Source of the DNA: Octopus vulgaris
Taxonomy: Eukaryota
Length of the DNA stretch: 64,000 bases
Assembly: GCA_951406725.2 (NCBI GenBank)
Contig: OX597814.1
Coordinates: 16,244,001 to 16,308,000, forward strand
Reading direction: 5' to 3'
Made by a program: the position numbers and the translations under genes. The first letter of the stretch is position 1; the number at the start of each line of letters is the position of its first letter. Under the pieces are notes generated by a model. It saw nothing but the letters and a program-made list of their open reading frames with translations. It ran no database searches and was not told the origin of the DNA. Below, in pieces: positions 51,830-64,000 of the stretch.

Positions 51830-52255
51830 ACGATAGGCTTCTTTTAATTTTTTATTTTTTACTACCCACAAGGGGCTAAACACAGAGAGGACGAACAAGG
51901 ACAGACACACGGATTAAGTCGATTATATCGACCCCAGTGCGTAACTGGTACTTAATTTATCGACCCCGAAAGGATGAAAGGCAAAGTCAACCTCGGCGGA
52001 ATTTGATCTCAGAACGTAACGGCAGACAAAATGCGGCTACGCATTTCGCCCGGCGTGCTAACGTTTCGGCCAGCTCGCCGCCCTTAATTTTTTTAATTTC
52101 TTTTTTTAATTTTTTAAAATTTCTGTCTACCGAATCCACTCACAAGTCTTTGGTCGGCCCGAGGCTATAGCAGAAGTCACTTGCCCAAGTTACCATGCAG
52201 TGGGACTCAACCTGGAATCATGTGGTTGGTAAGTAAACTACTTACCAGACACCCA
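51830..52255 (-). mobile_element. SINE family C with a family A SINE (51853-52082) nested inside it
   Basis: C tail 'tacgataggcttctttt' and C body 'tttctgtctaccgaatccactcacaag...' are separated by a complete A copy with T-rich duplicated flanks. Confidence 0.88.
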
Positions 52256-52381
52256 CATATATACATAACTATATTTATACACACACACATGTACATATAT
52301 GTAGTACGCATATTTGTATGTATATGTGTTTGCGTACAAATAAACTGGTCAAACAAAGTTACTCAGATACATGAATAGCTA

Positions 52382-52873
52382 CCGTAAATCCTCGTGTATA
52401 GTCCACCCTTGAGCATAATACGTAGGGAATTTTTAGGGGACTGTACCTGTGAAAAACCTAAGCCTATAACCTATAATACCCTTCTCTAACTTGAGTCAAG
52501 GAGGTTTGTAAAAATGTATACGGTCACTTCCTTTATTATTATTGAATATATAACATAATGCAAAGGTGTAATATTTTTGTGCATTTTGTTTGTAGAAAAT
52601 AAAGAAATAATAGTAATAACGATTAATAAATATTGCTTACTGCAAGTTATGGATGAATCTTTTATGACTTCATTGCTTTCATGCTTAGCTTAAGGTATTT
52701 TTGCGCCCGGCATCACAAAATGCGTCTGAATAAAGATTGCCGGACAGCAAATAGAGACTCGGACATTGCTTAGAAGATATTTTTCATTTTTAACCTCGTA
52801 TATAGTACGCACTAAGGATTTTGACTTTTTAAATTTTGGGGAAAAAATGCGGATTATACTCGAGGATTTACAG
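52382..52873. mobile_element. Non-autonomous Tc1/mariner-pogo-type MITE
   Basis: TIRs 'ccgtaaatcctcgtgtatagtcc' / 'ggattatactcgaggatttacag', TA on both sides, no ORF. Confidence 0.88.
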
Positions 52874-53327
52874 TATGTTAAGTTAAATGTCTATGGAGTA
52901 AGAAGTAGCTAACGATACTAAATTCCGACAGATAACATATATAAAGCTAGGTACATTATGATATCACCACCTGCGTAATGTAAAGCTCGATACATTATTT
53001 ATGATATCACCATCTGTATAACTACCAAATTTCTTAGAGAAATTATTGTCATTATTTCTAGAGAAAGAAGTCCAATTACAATTATAGCTTTTCTAGTGCT
53101 TTTGCTGCATTAATACGTCTATAAAAGGAATATTGTTGAACATGTTCACATCAAAACACCCAGCTTATGAAATCCCGAAGAAAGAAATAGACATATTTAA
53201 GGAATTTAAAAAAAAAAAACAATATTTTACTTTAGGAGGATAATTTCTCGGCTACTAAGAATATTTATTTCAAATGCAGGCAGCTTGAGGGTATATAGGG
53301 TCAGCTATACGGAAACCTAGAATTTCT

Positions 53328-54104
53328 TATTTCTTTAGTGCCTACAAGGCCTACACACAGAGGGGACAAATAAGGACAGAAAAACGAATTCAGTCGATTA
53401 TACCGACCCCAGTGCGTAAGTGGTACTTATTTAATCGACCCCGAAAGGATGAAAGATAAAGTAGATCTCGGCGGAATTTGATCTCAGAACATAAAGACAG
53501 ACGATATACCTATTTCTTTACTACCCACAAGAGGCTAAACACAGAGAAGACAAACAAGGACAGACGGATTAAGTCGATTACATCAACTCCAGTGCGTAGC
53601 AGGTACTTAATTTATCGACCCCGAAAGGATGAAAGGTAAAGTAGATCTCGGCGGAATTTGAACTCAGAACATAAAGACAGACGATATACCTATTTCTTTA
53701 CTACCCACAAGAGGCTAAACACAGAGAAGACAAACAAGGACAGACAGACGGATTAAGTCGATTACATCAACCCCAGTGCGTAGCAGGTACTTAATTTATC
53801 AACCCCGAAAGGATGAAAGGTAAAGTAGATCTCGGCGGAATTTGAACTCAGAAATAAAGACAGACGATATACCTATTTCTTTACTACCCACAAGGGGCTA
53901 AACACAGAGAAGACAAACAAGGACAGACAGACGGATTAAGTCGATTACCTCGACCCCAGTGCGTAGCTGGTACTTAATTTATCGACTCCGAAAGGATGAA
54001 AGGCAAAGTCGACCTCGGCGGAATTTGAACTCAGAACGCAGCGGCAGACAAAATACTGCTAAGCATTTCGCCCGGCGTGCTAACGTTTCTGCCTTCTCGA
54101 CGCC
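53328..54104 (-). mobile_element. SINE family A, tetrameric (units at 53328, 53511, 53691, 53874; single head at 54055-54104)
   Basis: Four 180-183-bp units, visible directly. Confidence 0.95.
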
Positions 54105-55023
54105 TTACCCTTTCTCTCATCGAAATTAAATTGTTCCGGTAATCATTGTTTCACTTGTTTAGTTTACAAAGAATGTTGCAATCACGTAAGTATTTTCAAG
54201 GAAAGTAAGTATCAATCAAACATGCATTCTACCAATATATTCTCCAAGGACATAGTAAATATATGCAATGATTCTTCATAATTTAACATGAGAATTGTTA
54301 CTTTTGTAGGTACAAAAAAATCCATCCATGTAAATTTGTTTGTTTGTTAGAAAGTAAAAAAAACAATTTGATTTCTCTTCTTTTTTGGTTGCAACATTTA
54401 AAAAGAAAATAGAATTCAGAAGAATACCATATAGATACATTGTATGAAAAATGTTATTCCTATCCTTCACTTTTACAAAAATGCATGTATACATACAAAC
54501 ACACACACACATACAAACACATATATACATACATGCGTCATACACCATGTACATGTACACACGCACGCGTATATAAATTTACACACACACGCACACACGC
54601 ACGACACAACACAACGAAAACACAACGGCACACGCGCTTGTTTGTGTGTGTGTGTATATATCTGTTTACGTGTTATTTTGTGTCTGTTTACATCTGTATA
54701 TGTAACTATGTATATAATATAATTATAGCTGTTTTCAAATTTTTTTCGTTTTTACTTTTATTCATTTATAATAATATCATAGCCAAGATATTTTGACAAT
54801 ATTTATTATTGAACGTACATGTCGGTAGCATAAACTATCGTCTTATCACAGTGATTTAGTCATCTCATTTTGGCATCGAATCCATAAAACCCGTTATTTT
54901 CCCCATGTTTTATTGTCTTAAAACGCCAATCACCAATGAACATCAAAATATAATGTATAAAGTTCATTCGGAATGACCTAAATATTTGCAAAGAGTAAAC
55001 AAATATATAAAATAATACTAATG

Positions 55024-55070
<47 letters not shown>

Positions 55071-55259
55071 CATAACTGATGAGATTATCAATGAAAACGA
55101 AAGATAGTGCTTTTTTTTGTATTGACACAAAAATATTTACACATATCTATATAGGTACACACATAACTTGCAAATGCAAAGTCTCTCTCTCTCTTTCTCT
55201 AATTCTCTCTTCCCCTCCTCTCTCTCTCTCTTACACACTTACGCACGCATATTCACACG

Positions 55260-55295
<36 letters not shown>

Positions 55296-55365
55296 AATAG
55301 ATAGGGAAACAGATAGTCAGATTGATAGATAGATAGATAGATAGATAGATAGGTATGTATATATG

Positions 55366-55447
<82 letters not shown>

Positions 55448-55711
55448 GTGAGAGAGAGATTGAGGGAGAGATGGATAGATACATAGATAAATATGTAGAT
55501 ATATATATATATACATATTATATATACATATATATGTACACACACATATATATATATGCATGATTGTATGTATGTATGCATATATGTATATGTAGTTATC
55601 TATTTGTCGAAGTGCATATGTGTTTGTATATATGTGTGTATGCGTGTGTGCATGAGTGCATAATATATATACGTTATATATATGTGTGTGTGTGTGTGTG
55701 TATCTAAATAT

Positions 55712-55743
<32 letters not shown>

Positions 55744-55745
55744 AT
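55260..55745. repeat. Compound (TA)/(GATA)/(TG) microsatellite
   Basis: Directly visible. Confidence 0.95.
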
Positions 55746-56025
55746 AGATACACGGTATTCATCCATCTGCATGTGCGTGTGTGTGTGCTTGTGTGTGCAT
55801 CTAGTTGAAGAAAGTGTATAAATAGTACTCCATACATACGAATATGTACTTTTTGTTTTAGTTTTCGTCAGTATAATACGCATGCAAAGTGACGCAAGTG
55901 TAAAGAATTTCATGCATAGCATTTTACTTATCAAACAGCTAGAAGAGCCAAGCACAAAACAATGAGTCTTGTGAAATAACTCTAACCAGTGACATACATT
56001 TGCAAAACAAACCCTGAAAAATATA

Positions 56026-56250
56026 TACTCTTTTACTCTTTTACTTGTTTCAGTCAGTTGACTGCGGCCATGCTGGAGCACCACCTTTACTCGAGCAACT
56101 CGACCGCGGGACTTATTCTTTGTAAGCCCAGTACTTATTATTCGAGGCTATAGTAGAAGACACTTGCCCAAGGTGCCACGCAGTGGGACTGAACCCGGAA
56201 CCATGTGGCTGGTACGCAAGCTACTTACCACACAGCCACTCCTGCGCCTA
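56026..56250 (-). mobile_element. SINE family C with internal deletion
   Basis: '...gacacttgcccaaggtgccacgcagtgggactgaacccggaacc...ccacacagccactcctgcgccta'. Confidence 0.92.
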
Positions 56251-56639
56251 TATGTATATAAATGCTCAAAAAGAACGGGGATAATTTTCTCAATATGTTA
56301 TAAATTTTACTGCATTTAGAGAATGTCTTTGCTTAGCTGATATAGTTTTGCTAACATAGTAAAAGATATATTTTATTCAAAGTTAAATATGAAGTAAATA
56401 TTACTCATTGTGCCTCACCTATACCTATTGGAAACTGGAAAAGCAGAATTTCAAAATGTCTGTTTGAATGTCCCTGTTTTTGTCAGGAATTTCTGTTTTG
56501 CTCTTTTTACACACATTGCAAAACAATGAAGGGAAACCATTCGAAAGGAAGAATTTTAAAAATCCATGTCTTTTAAATGTTCATATCGTCACTCGACCTT
56601 TCAGACAGACAAGCAAGCGCTTACACAGACGCACACACA

Positions 56640-56718
<79 letters not shown>

Positions 56719-56719
56719 T

Positions 56720-56768
<49 letters not shown>

Positions 56769-56771
<3 letters not shown>

Positions 56772-56860
56772 ATTTTATAGAAGGAGCTTCTACAGGACTA
56801 GAACTGTTTCATTCAAATGAAACAGTTCTAGTCCTGTAGAACCTCCTTCTATAAAATAAA
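56769..56860. repeat. Near-perfect palindrome: 45-bp arms, 2-nt loop, one mismatch
   Basis: tttattttatagaaggagcttctacaggactagaactgtttcatt-ca-aatgaaacagttctagtcctgtagaacctccttctataaaataaa. Confidence 0.97.
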
Positions 56861-57389
56861 TTAATTTACTCTGCTATGTATTGAGTACCTTATTTACTGT
56901 GGTTAACCCCGACTCAACCCGGGACCTACATATATATATATATATATTCATCATGCCTTTGGAACAGCAACAACCACTAAGATGTGTTTTTGCCTTTTGG
57001 TGCGAGTTACAAATGTTTCAGAAAGTGGAATACGATGAAATGACAGAAAATTACTGTTCTGAAATATTTGTAACTTGCATTAAAAGGAAAAAAAAAATAT
57101 CTTATTCCCCCTTCCATCATTCGTTGTACATTTTACAATGAAGTCAAACAGCATAAATGGATGTGTGAAAAACGAAATTTAAATTTTTTAAAAGTGATTA
57201 TAAAGCGATATTTTCAGTCATTTATTTAAACTTCCTCTGCTATCTCTTCAAATGCAATTATATGGAATATATGGGTTTTGAGATTTGAATTTGGTAATTT
57301 TCCAAGATTTGTATTCTTGTGTATGAAGGGCTCACCGAAATTGAACTGCCCTGTGCTACACATGGTTTAAATCCGGTCCTGCCCTTTAT

Positions 57390-57395
57390 CAATCA

Positions 57396-57463
<68 letters not shown>
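57390..57463. repeat. (TCTA)n microsatellite
   Basis: Directly visible. Confidence 0.97.
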
Positions 57464-57464
<1 letters not shown>

Positions 57465-59014
57465 GCAGCAAATGTATAAAGAGCGAAAGGGAGAAAGGCG
57501 GTGATAGATAGAGATATAGATATTTAGATAGATAAAAACTGATGAAGCAATAACGTTTGGTCACAGATGGAAAGGTAGATACTTATACATATATGTATAA
57601 GTTTGTGAGTGTATACACACGCACGCGTGCAAATGATGCTTAAATGCTTATTTAAAAGCTTTACAAGTGTGGAGATTTTAAGGTGTGAAGACCCGAGGAA
57701 GGTAAATGTTCTTGCGACGTAGATTGACAAAGAAGTTGACAATTTTAGAGTGACGGGGGAAATAATACGACGAGATACAATGTTGAATTGGTCCCATTGT
57801 TAAGTAAGTTACAATCTGATGTCAGGTTTTCTATAAACGACACATAAAAACGTGTAGATACTGACCCCTGAATAAGAAAGCGCCAGTAATGTACCATTGT
57901 GTTATAATCTCACTTACTTGAATATCTATCATACCGACTTGGTAAATACGCACCGCAAGCCGCAAAGCATATGTAAATAGTAAACAGCACAGGAAATGAT
58001 AACGAGGAAAATAAAGCAATCAAATAAACAGAAACACACACACACACACACATTCATAATTTTCTGTGTGTATGCGTGCCTATATGCAAATAAAATACAC
58101 GCTTTTGATACAGTCAATATACTTCTTTTCTTTTCGCTTGAAATACATAAAATGTGCAAAAAAACCTTTTTCATTTATCCCTAACACCGTCTGTGTATGC
58201 TTTTGTGAGTCCGTGCGCGCGTGTACAGTTCTAGTCATACTTCTACAGAGCAGTACTATGACTATGAATTAATTTCCAAAAAAACAACAGGTGTCGAGAT
58301 AATTAGAACACTGCCATATGATAATGGAAAAAATGAAAACAAATACAAAAATCGTACAGAAAATGCGTAAATAAATAAGTAATTAAACGAAACTGAGATG
58401 GTAACACGTGAGACATCACATATGTCTTAATATTGAGAGTCGCTTGAAGTTTTGGCTGCAGATATGTCCGGCATGTACAAAGGCGAGTTTACAGCCTTTT
58501 ATTTATCTAGAATAATTTAGCATATACATGCCGTGTATATATGTATGAATGTGTGTGCATATATGTACATACATACATGGATACATATTTATATATACAC
58601 AAAATTTTCTATATACGTATATACATACGCATCAGATACATATCTATCTTTCTATCTTCGCAATCCACATCTTCCCATTTCAATCTAAAAAATGACTAAC
58701 GTTTACAAGAATTTTTACCATTGTCTTGGTTCAGCATCTACCTCATAATTGAGAGTACATGGAAACTGTAAAGAAGCCTGTCAGATGGATATTACTTAAT
58801 ATTTCTTAGTTCAGCAATGATCACATATTATGATGCTGATTCTTAAAATTTCGTTCAGGGTCCGCTTGTCTACTGAATTTTCTAACATTTCGCGTTTTAA
58901 TTCAATGAGTCGATCGTTTATTTCATGTTATAGCTAGGTGTTGTTACAAAGAAACTGTCAGGTGTGTCTTTCAGAATAAAGAACATGCCTCTGTATATAA
59001 ATGGGTGTGCATTC

Positions 59015-59258
59015 GCGTGACCTAGTGGCTGGCGTGTCGCACTCAAGCTCGCAAGATTATGGTTTCAATTACTGGGTGTGTTGTGTTCTTGAGTAAATCA
59101 CTTTATTTCACGTTCCTCCAGTCCACTCAAATATCAAAAGGGAATAAACCGGCAACGGACTGGTGTCACGTTGAGAAGGAGAACCTATACATTCCTCAGA
59201 ATCCAAGAAACATGAACTTATGTGCCTATGGTTCAGGGAAGACCTCTGTTCCTATTTA
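59015..59258 (+). mobile_element. Old tRNA-derived SINE family D
   Basis: 'gcgtgacctagtgg...ggtttcaattactggg...ttgtgttcttgagtaaatcactttatttcacgttcctccagtccactca'. Confidence 0.7.
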
Positions 59259-60391
59259 ATGTATATATGTATACTTAAACGTGCACACATGCGTGCCCAG
59301 TAGTGGCGTTCTGATGTATATAATTGAGCAAAAGTTTAATGATAAATATGTTGAGACATTTCAATTGGATGGTATATCCTCACGTTGATATTCAATGTTT
59401 CGCATTACGTATAAAAAGTTTGAGAAACTGAACAAAATGCGATAAAATATAATTATACTCTTTACTCGGGCAAAAACAGCGGAGACGAAATTTATAGTCA
59501 ATCTCAGTCTAATAATAAAATATATAGATAGGTTGATGACATTGATATATATCTTGCGTATATATTTTTATTATTCTAACATAGTAATAGGTACCAATTC
59601 CCATAAGTTATTTCAACTTATTTTTCTTAACATGTATTTGAATAAAGGCTATTTCATTGACGTTAAAAAATTATTATGTTGCGCAGTTAAAAAATGGTTT
59701 GTCATTGCTTCATCAGTATACTCAATTATGGTTAATTGCTTGCTGCACAAGAACAAGAGCACCACGAAAATTTACTTATGATGCATGTTATAATCTTGTC
59801 ATATAAGAGCCACAGTATTGTTCGTATCAACTCAGTAAATATATTGCACACGATTCAGAAAATAATCTATTTAAAATAAAATACTCCCATCATCACCAAT
59901 ATTGCTTGCACGTTTACAGTCGATTCTACTCTTCATTTAAACATCATTTAAGTTTCAATTTTTACCCAAAATCAGCACTGACTCCATGAATAGCAGCCTT
60001 ATAAGAGCCCTCATAATTGCCCCAAATACTAGACATCACTATCGCTCGGAATCTCGTCTAGAGACTGTATATCACCATGGCAAAAATGCCTCTCAAATAT
60101 TGGTACTCCTGCTCAGAGTCAGAATATGTTAACCTCAAAAACTAAAGAGATCACTTCAAATCTCGGATGGCATTCATAAATGTCGGTATTACTGCTACAG
60201 CATAGACGAGTATTATAGACCAGAGAAATACCATTCCTCTGGTTTGAAGAATGCGATTCGCATTCTGTCTTCGTTTCTCTGAAGTTTTATCATCTGCCTC
60301 GTCGAACCTCTGGTCTCCTTCCTTTTCTCCTCATTTGTCACCCCTCCGATCATCACCATCCTACTAGCCACTCCACTTCATTAGGAATATT

Positions 60392-60789
60392 TTTTTGTAC
60401 TCTCGGCACAATACCTGAAATATTTGGGGAGGGGGCTAGTCGATTAGATCGACTCCAGTACGCAACTGGTACTTAATTTATCGACCCCGAAAGGATGAAA
60501 GGCAAAGTCGACCTCGGCGGAAGCTGTACTCAGAACGTAGCGGCAGACGAAATACCTATTTCTTTACTACCCACAAGGGGCTAAACACAGAGAGGACAAT
60601 CAAGGACAGACAAACGGATTACGTCGATTATATCGACCCCACTGCGTAACTGGTACTTATTTAATTGACCCCGAAAGGATGAAAGGCAAAGTCGACCTCG
60701 GCGGAATTTGAACTCAGAACGTAGCGGCAGACGAAATACCGCTAAGCATTTCGCCCGGCGTGCTAACGTTTCTGCCAGCTCGCCGCCTT
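60392..60789 (-). mobile_element. SINE family A, dimeric, with TSD
   Basis: Two units. TSD acttcattag(g/a)aatatt at 60375 and 60790. Confidence 0.93.
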
Positions 60790-61671
60790 ACTTCATTAGA
60801 AATATTTATTTCTGAAGTCTAGTCTATCCTCTGCCAGAGTTAACCCCGCTGTAATTCTATGTACCCATCTTTCCTGAAAATGTTGACTTAATTTGAAGCA
60901 GTATACTAATGGAATAAGTTTCAGCTATCTCGGAGAGCCTGCGAATACCTTGGACGCTGATAATAAGACATAGATAATAAGAAAAAATAATACCCTTGGG
61001 TTTAGATATATTCAAAGGTTCATACCTCCAATATTTTTACCCTATACTTTATTTAAAAGTCATTATTGGTCTCTTTTGTAGATCATTGACAGAGTAACAT
61101 TTTGTGGAGCACGTTTACATTTTGCGATATATTCCTATATATGTTATTTTACCAGCTTATTGTTCTTGCTATTTTAATAAAATGTACTGCTAAGAAAATA
61201 CGATGCAATTATCTAAATTCTTTTTCGAAACAGTGTATCACTGATGGAAATTATTATTTTTGTACCTGACTCGGCAATAGGTGGCAAAACGACAGGTTTT
61301 TATCTCCATAAGTTCTGTACCAATATTGCAAGTACCAGTCATTCACCAATGTTATCAAATCGAACCTACAGCTCTACAGCTTTGAAAATGTATCAAAATA
61401 AGAAATTGTTATTGCTACTATTTAAGTTCGGAGAGAGCATAAAGAATATCATTATGTGGCAATGCTTGGAAACCCTCACACGAAAGGCAAGACTGATAAT
61501 GTTCGTTCGATTATGCATTGCTCATAGAAATTAAACATATTCATCTAACTTACGTATTCTCTTAAATGCTGGTGAAGCACGCCATCGCATGTTCGCCCGG
61601 ATGAAGGACTTTATTCTAAATTTTCATACTGGAATCTTTATAGAATTAATGTTCGAACTTTTCTTTTATAG

Positions 61672-61797
61672 ACGCCAATACGAATGTCCTCGGCCTCCTT
61701 TTACTCCGGTAGAGAAGGTACCAGTAATAAACGGTGTTATTTCAGTCAAATGCAATCAGTTTCTAGAAATATCGAGCTTGGACCAAGTCGAAGTGAT
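61672..61797 (+). CDS. Candidate internal coding exon (126 nt)
   Basis: Acceptor 'ttttcttttatag|', donor 'GAT|gtaagt'. Two open frames: TPIRMSSASFYSGREG... or RQYECPRPPFTPVEKVPVINGVISVKCNQFLEISSLDQVEV. Confidence 0.5.
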
Positions 61798-62302
61798 GTA
61801 AGTATTTATATTGTATTTCGTATTTTAGCTTCAGATATTACTGAAGCTGATTTTCTTACAAGACGTTACTGTTATTCTAAGGATGATATGTTTATAATTG
61901 TTTATTTATTGTTTATTTTATTATCTATTTTTAATTTTGTTCGGTGTATGGTCGGATGCTATAGAAATTTGAGAAGCGAGACGTTTGGCAGCGGGTTGAA
62001 GAAAAATCAGTTTTGGGGACACGAGTAGAGGTTCACAGACATTGACAAGATGATCAATCAGTAAGTTTCTTACTAGAATTTCTGTAACCCAAGTAGAGAC
62101 AGCTTTTTTTTTCAATAATTACGATTCTAAAAGAACATGTAGAACAGTAACAATAAGATGAAAAAAAAAAAAAGAACTAAAACATATTTGGTGATGTCAG
62201 CGAGTAAGGATTGAGGCGGTTGCCAATAGCCACGGCAGCAGTTCTTGATAGTGATGATGGGGATGCAGTGGGGTAATACACTATTTCTAGTGTTTTTGTT
62301 TT

Positions 62303-62785
<483 letters not shown>

Positions 62786-63159
62786 TTTGTTGTCGCAGTT
62801 TTTTTTTTGTTGGTAGTTTATTACTTTCAGTGGTTATGGTGATAGCACTAGTAATTGTGGACATATATTACTCACGGTGTAGTTTATTCTTTGTGCTAGT
62901 GCAGACGTTGTTGTTGTTATTGCAGCTATTGAAAGCAGGGAAGAAATTTATCAGACCATTTGTTGTTGTTGTTGTTTGTTTTGTTTTGGAGTGTGTGATT
63001 GCATATTGGAGTTGCTGGTAGTAGACTGACAAGATAATTCTGGTGTTGTTGTTGTTATTGTTTTTGTTTTGTTTTGTAGTATGTTATCGGTGTTCATAAT
63101 AGGAGCTGTTGTTGCTGCTGCTGTTATTGTTGTTGTGATTGTTGTTGTTTTTCTTGTTG

Positions 63160-63171
63160 ATAATGATGATA

Positions 63172-63228
<57 letters not shown>

Positions 63229-63244
63229 TTGGTGGTGGTGGTGG

Positions 63245-63278
<34 letters not shown>

Positions 63279-63391
63279 AATAAGGAAAATGATGATGATG
63301 ATGATGTTGATGATGAGGATGATGATGACGATGATGATTGTAGTAGTGGTGGTGGTGGTGATGATTACGGCGATGGGAATGGCGGTGGGGG

Positions 63392-63425
<34 letters not shown>

Positions 63426-63664
63426 GGTGGTGGAGGTGATGATGATAATAGTGGTTGTGATGGTGGTGGTAATGATGATGATGATGATGATGATGGTGAT
63501 GATGAGGATGATGATGATGATGATGATGATGACGATGATGATTGTAGTGGTGGTGGTGGTGATGATGATTGTGGCGGTGGCGGTGGGGGTGATGATGATG
63601 ATGACGATGGTGGTGCAGGTGGAGGTGATGATGATAATAGTGGTTGTGATGGTGGTGGTGGTGG

Positions 63665-63699
<35 letters not shown>

Positions 63700-63770
63700 G
63701 TGATGATGGTGATGATGAGGATGATGATGATGATGATGTTGATGATGTTGATGATGATAATGACAATGAC
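63160..63770. repeat. (GAT)/(GGT) low-complexity array with a ~190-bp higher-order duplication
   Basis: The landmark 'ggaggtgatgatgataatagtggttgtgatggtggtgg' occurs at ~63432 and ~63621. Confidence 0.92.
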
Positions 63771-64000
63771 AACAACGGCGGCAATGCTGATTGAAATATG
63801 TTATTTAGTTGGGTAGTAGATTTTTGTTATTGTTAGTGGTAGCCATTGAAATACTCATTGAAATCTCCTTCACATTGTTGTCACTGTGCTTGCTGATGCT
63901 GTTTAACCCTAAGATGGTTTATATAGAGCAGACACACTTATGATCTAACATCTTTCCAGCAATGAATATATTGTTATATTTTCTTTTGGGATCAATGTGT

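Noticed and set aside
53328-54104. Regularly spaced repeats that could look like a CRISPR array
   Set aside because: Whole 180-183-bp units repeat with no unique spacers, they match a dispersed SINE, and the context is eukaryotic with no cas genes.

Overview
AT-rich, microsatellite-dense animal genomic DNA. The SINE repertoire resembles octopus SINEs as I recall them, so a coleoid cephalopod origin is inferred, not proven. The window holds no complete protein-coding gene. Nearly all ORFs in the supplied track are artefacts of simple repeats or SINEs. Supported content: about 25 copies of four SINE families, two CR1-group LINE fragments (one young), decayed Tc1 and mariner transposons, two MITEs, and three or four isolated + strand candidate exons separated by introns of up to about 20 kb. 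Three things stand out. (1) Short elements sitting in (TA)n tracts carry minimal hammerhead-ribozyme-like motifs, some as inverted pairs, which suggests Penelope pLTRs or retrozymes. (2) A decayed, A-rich, intronless reading frame at about 1.2-3.0 kb has motifs resembling a cap N7-methyltransferase and is partly duplicated as a long inverted repeat, making it a candidate endogenous viral element. (3) One SINE family recurs as head-to-tail multimers sharing the same junction. All alignments and counts were made by eye.
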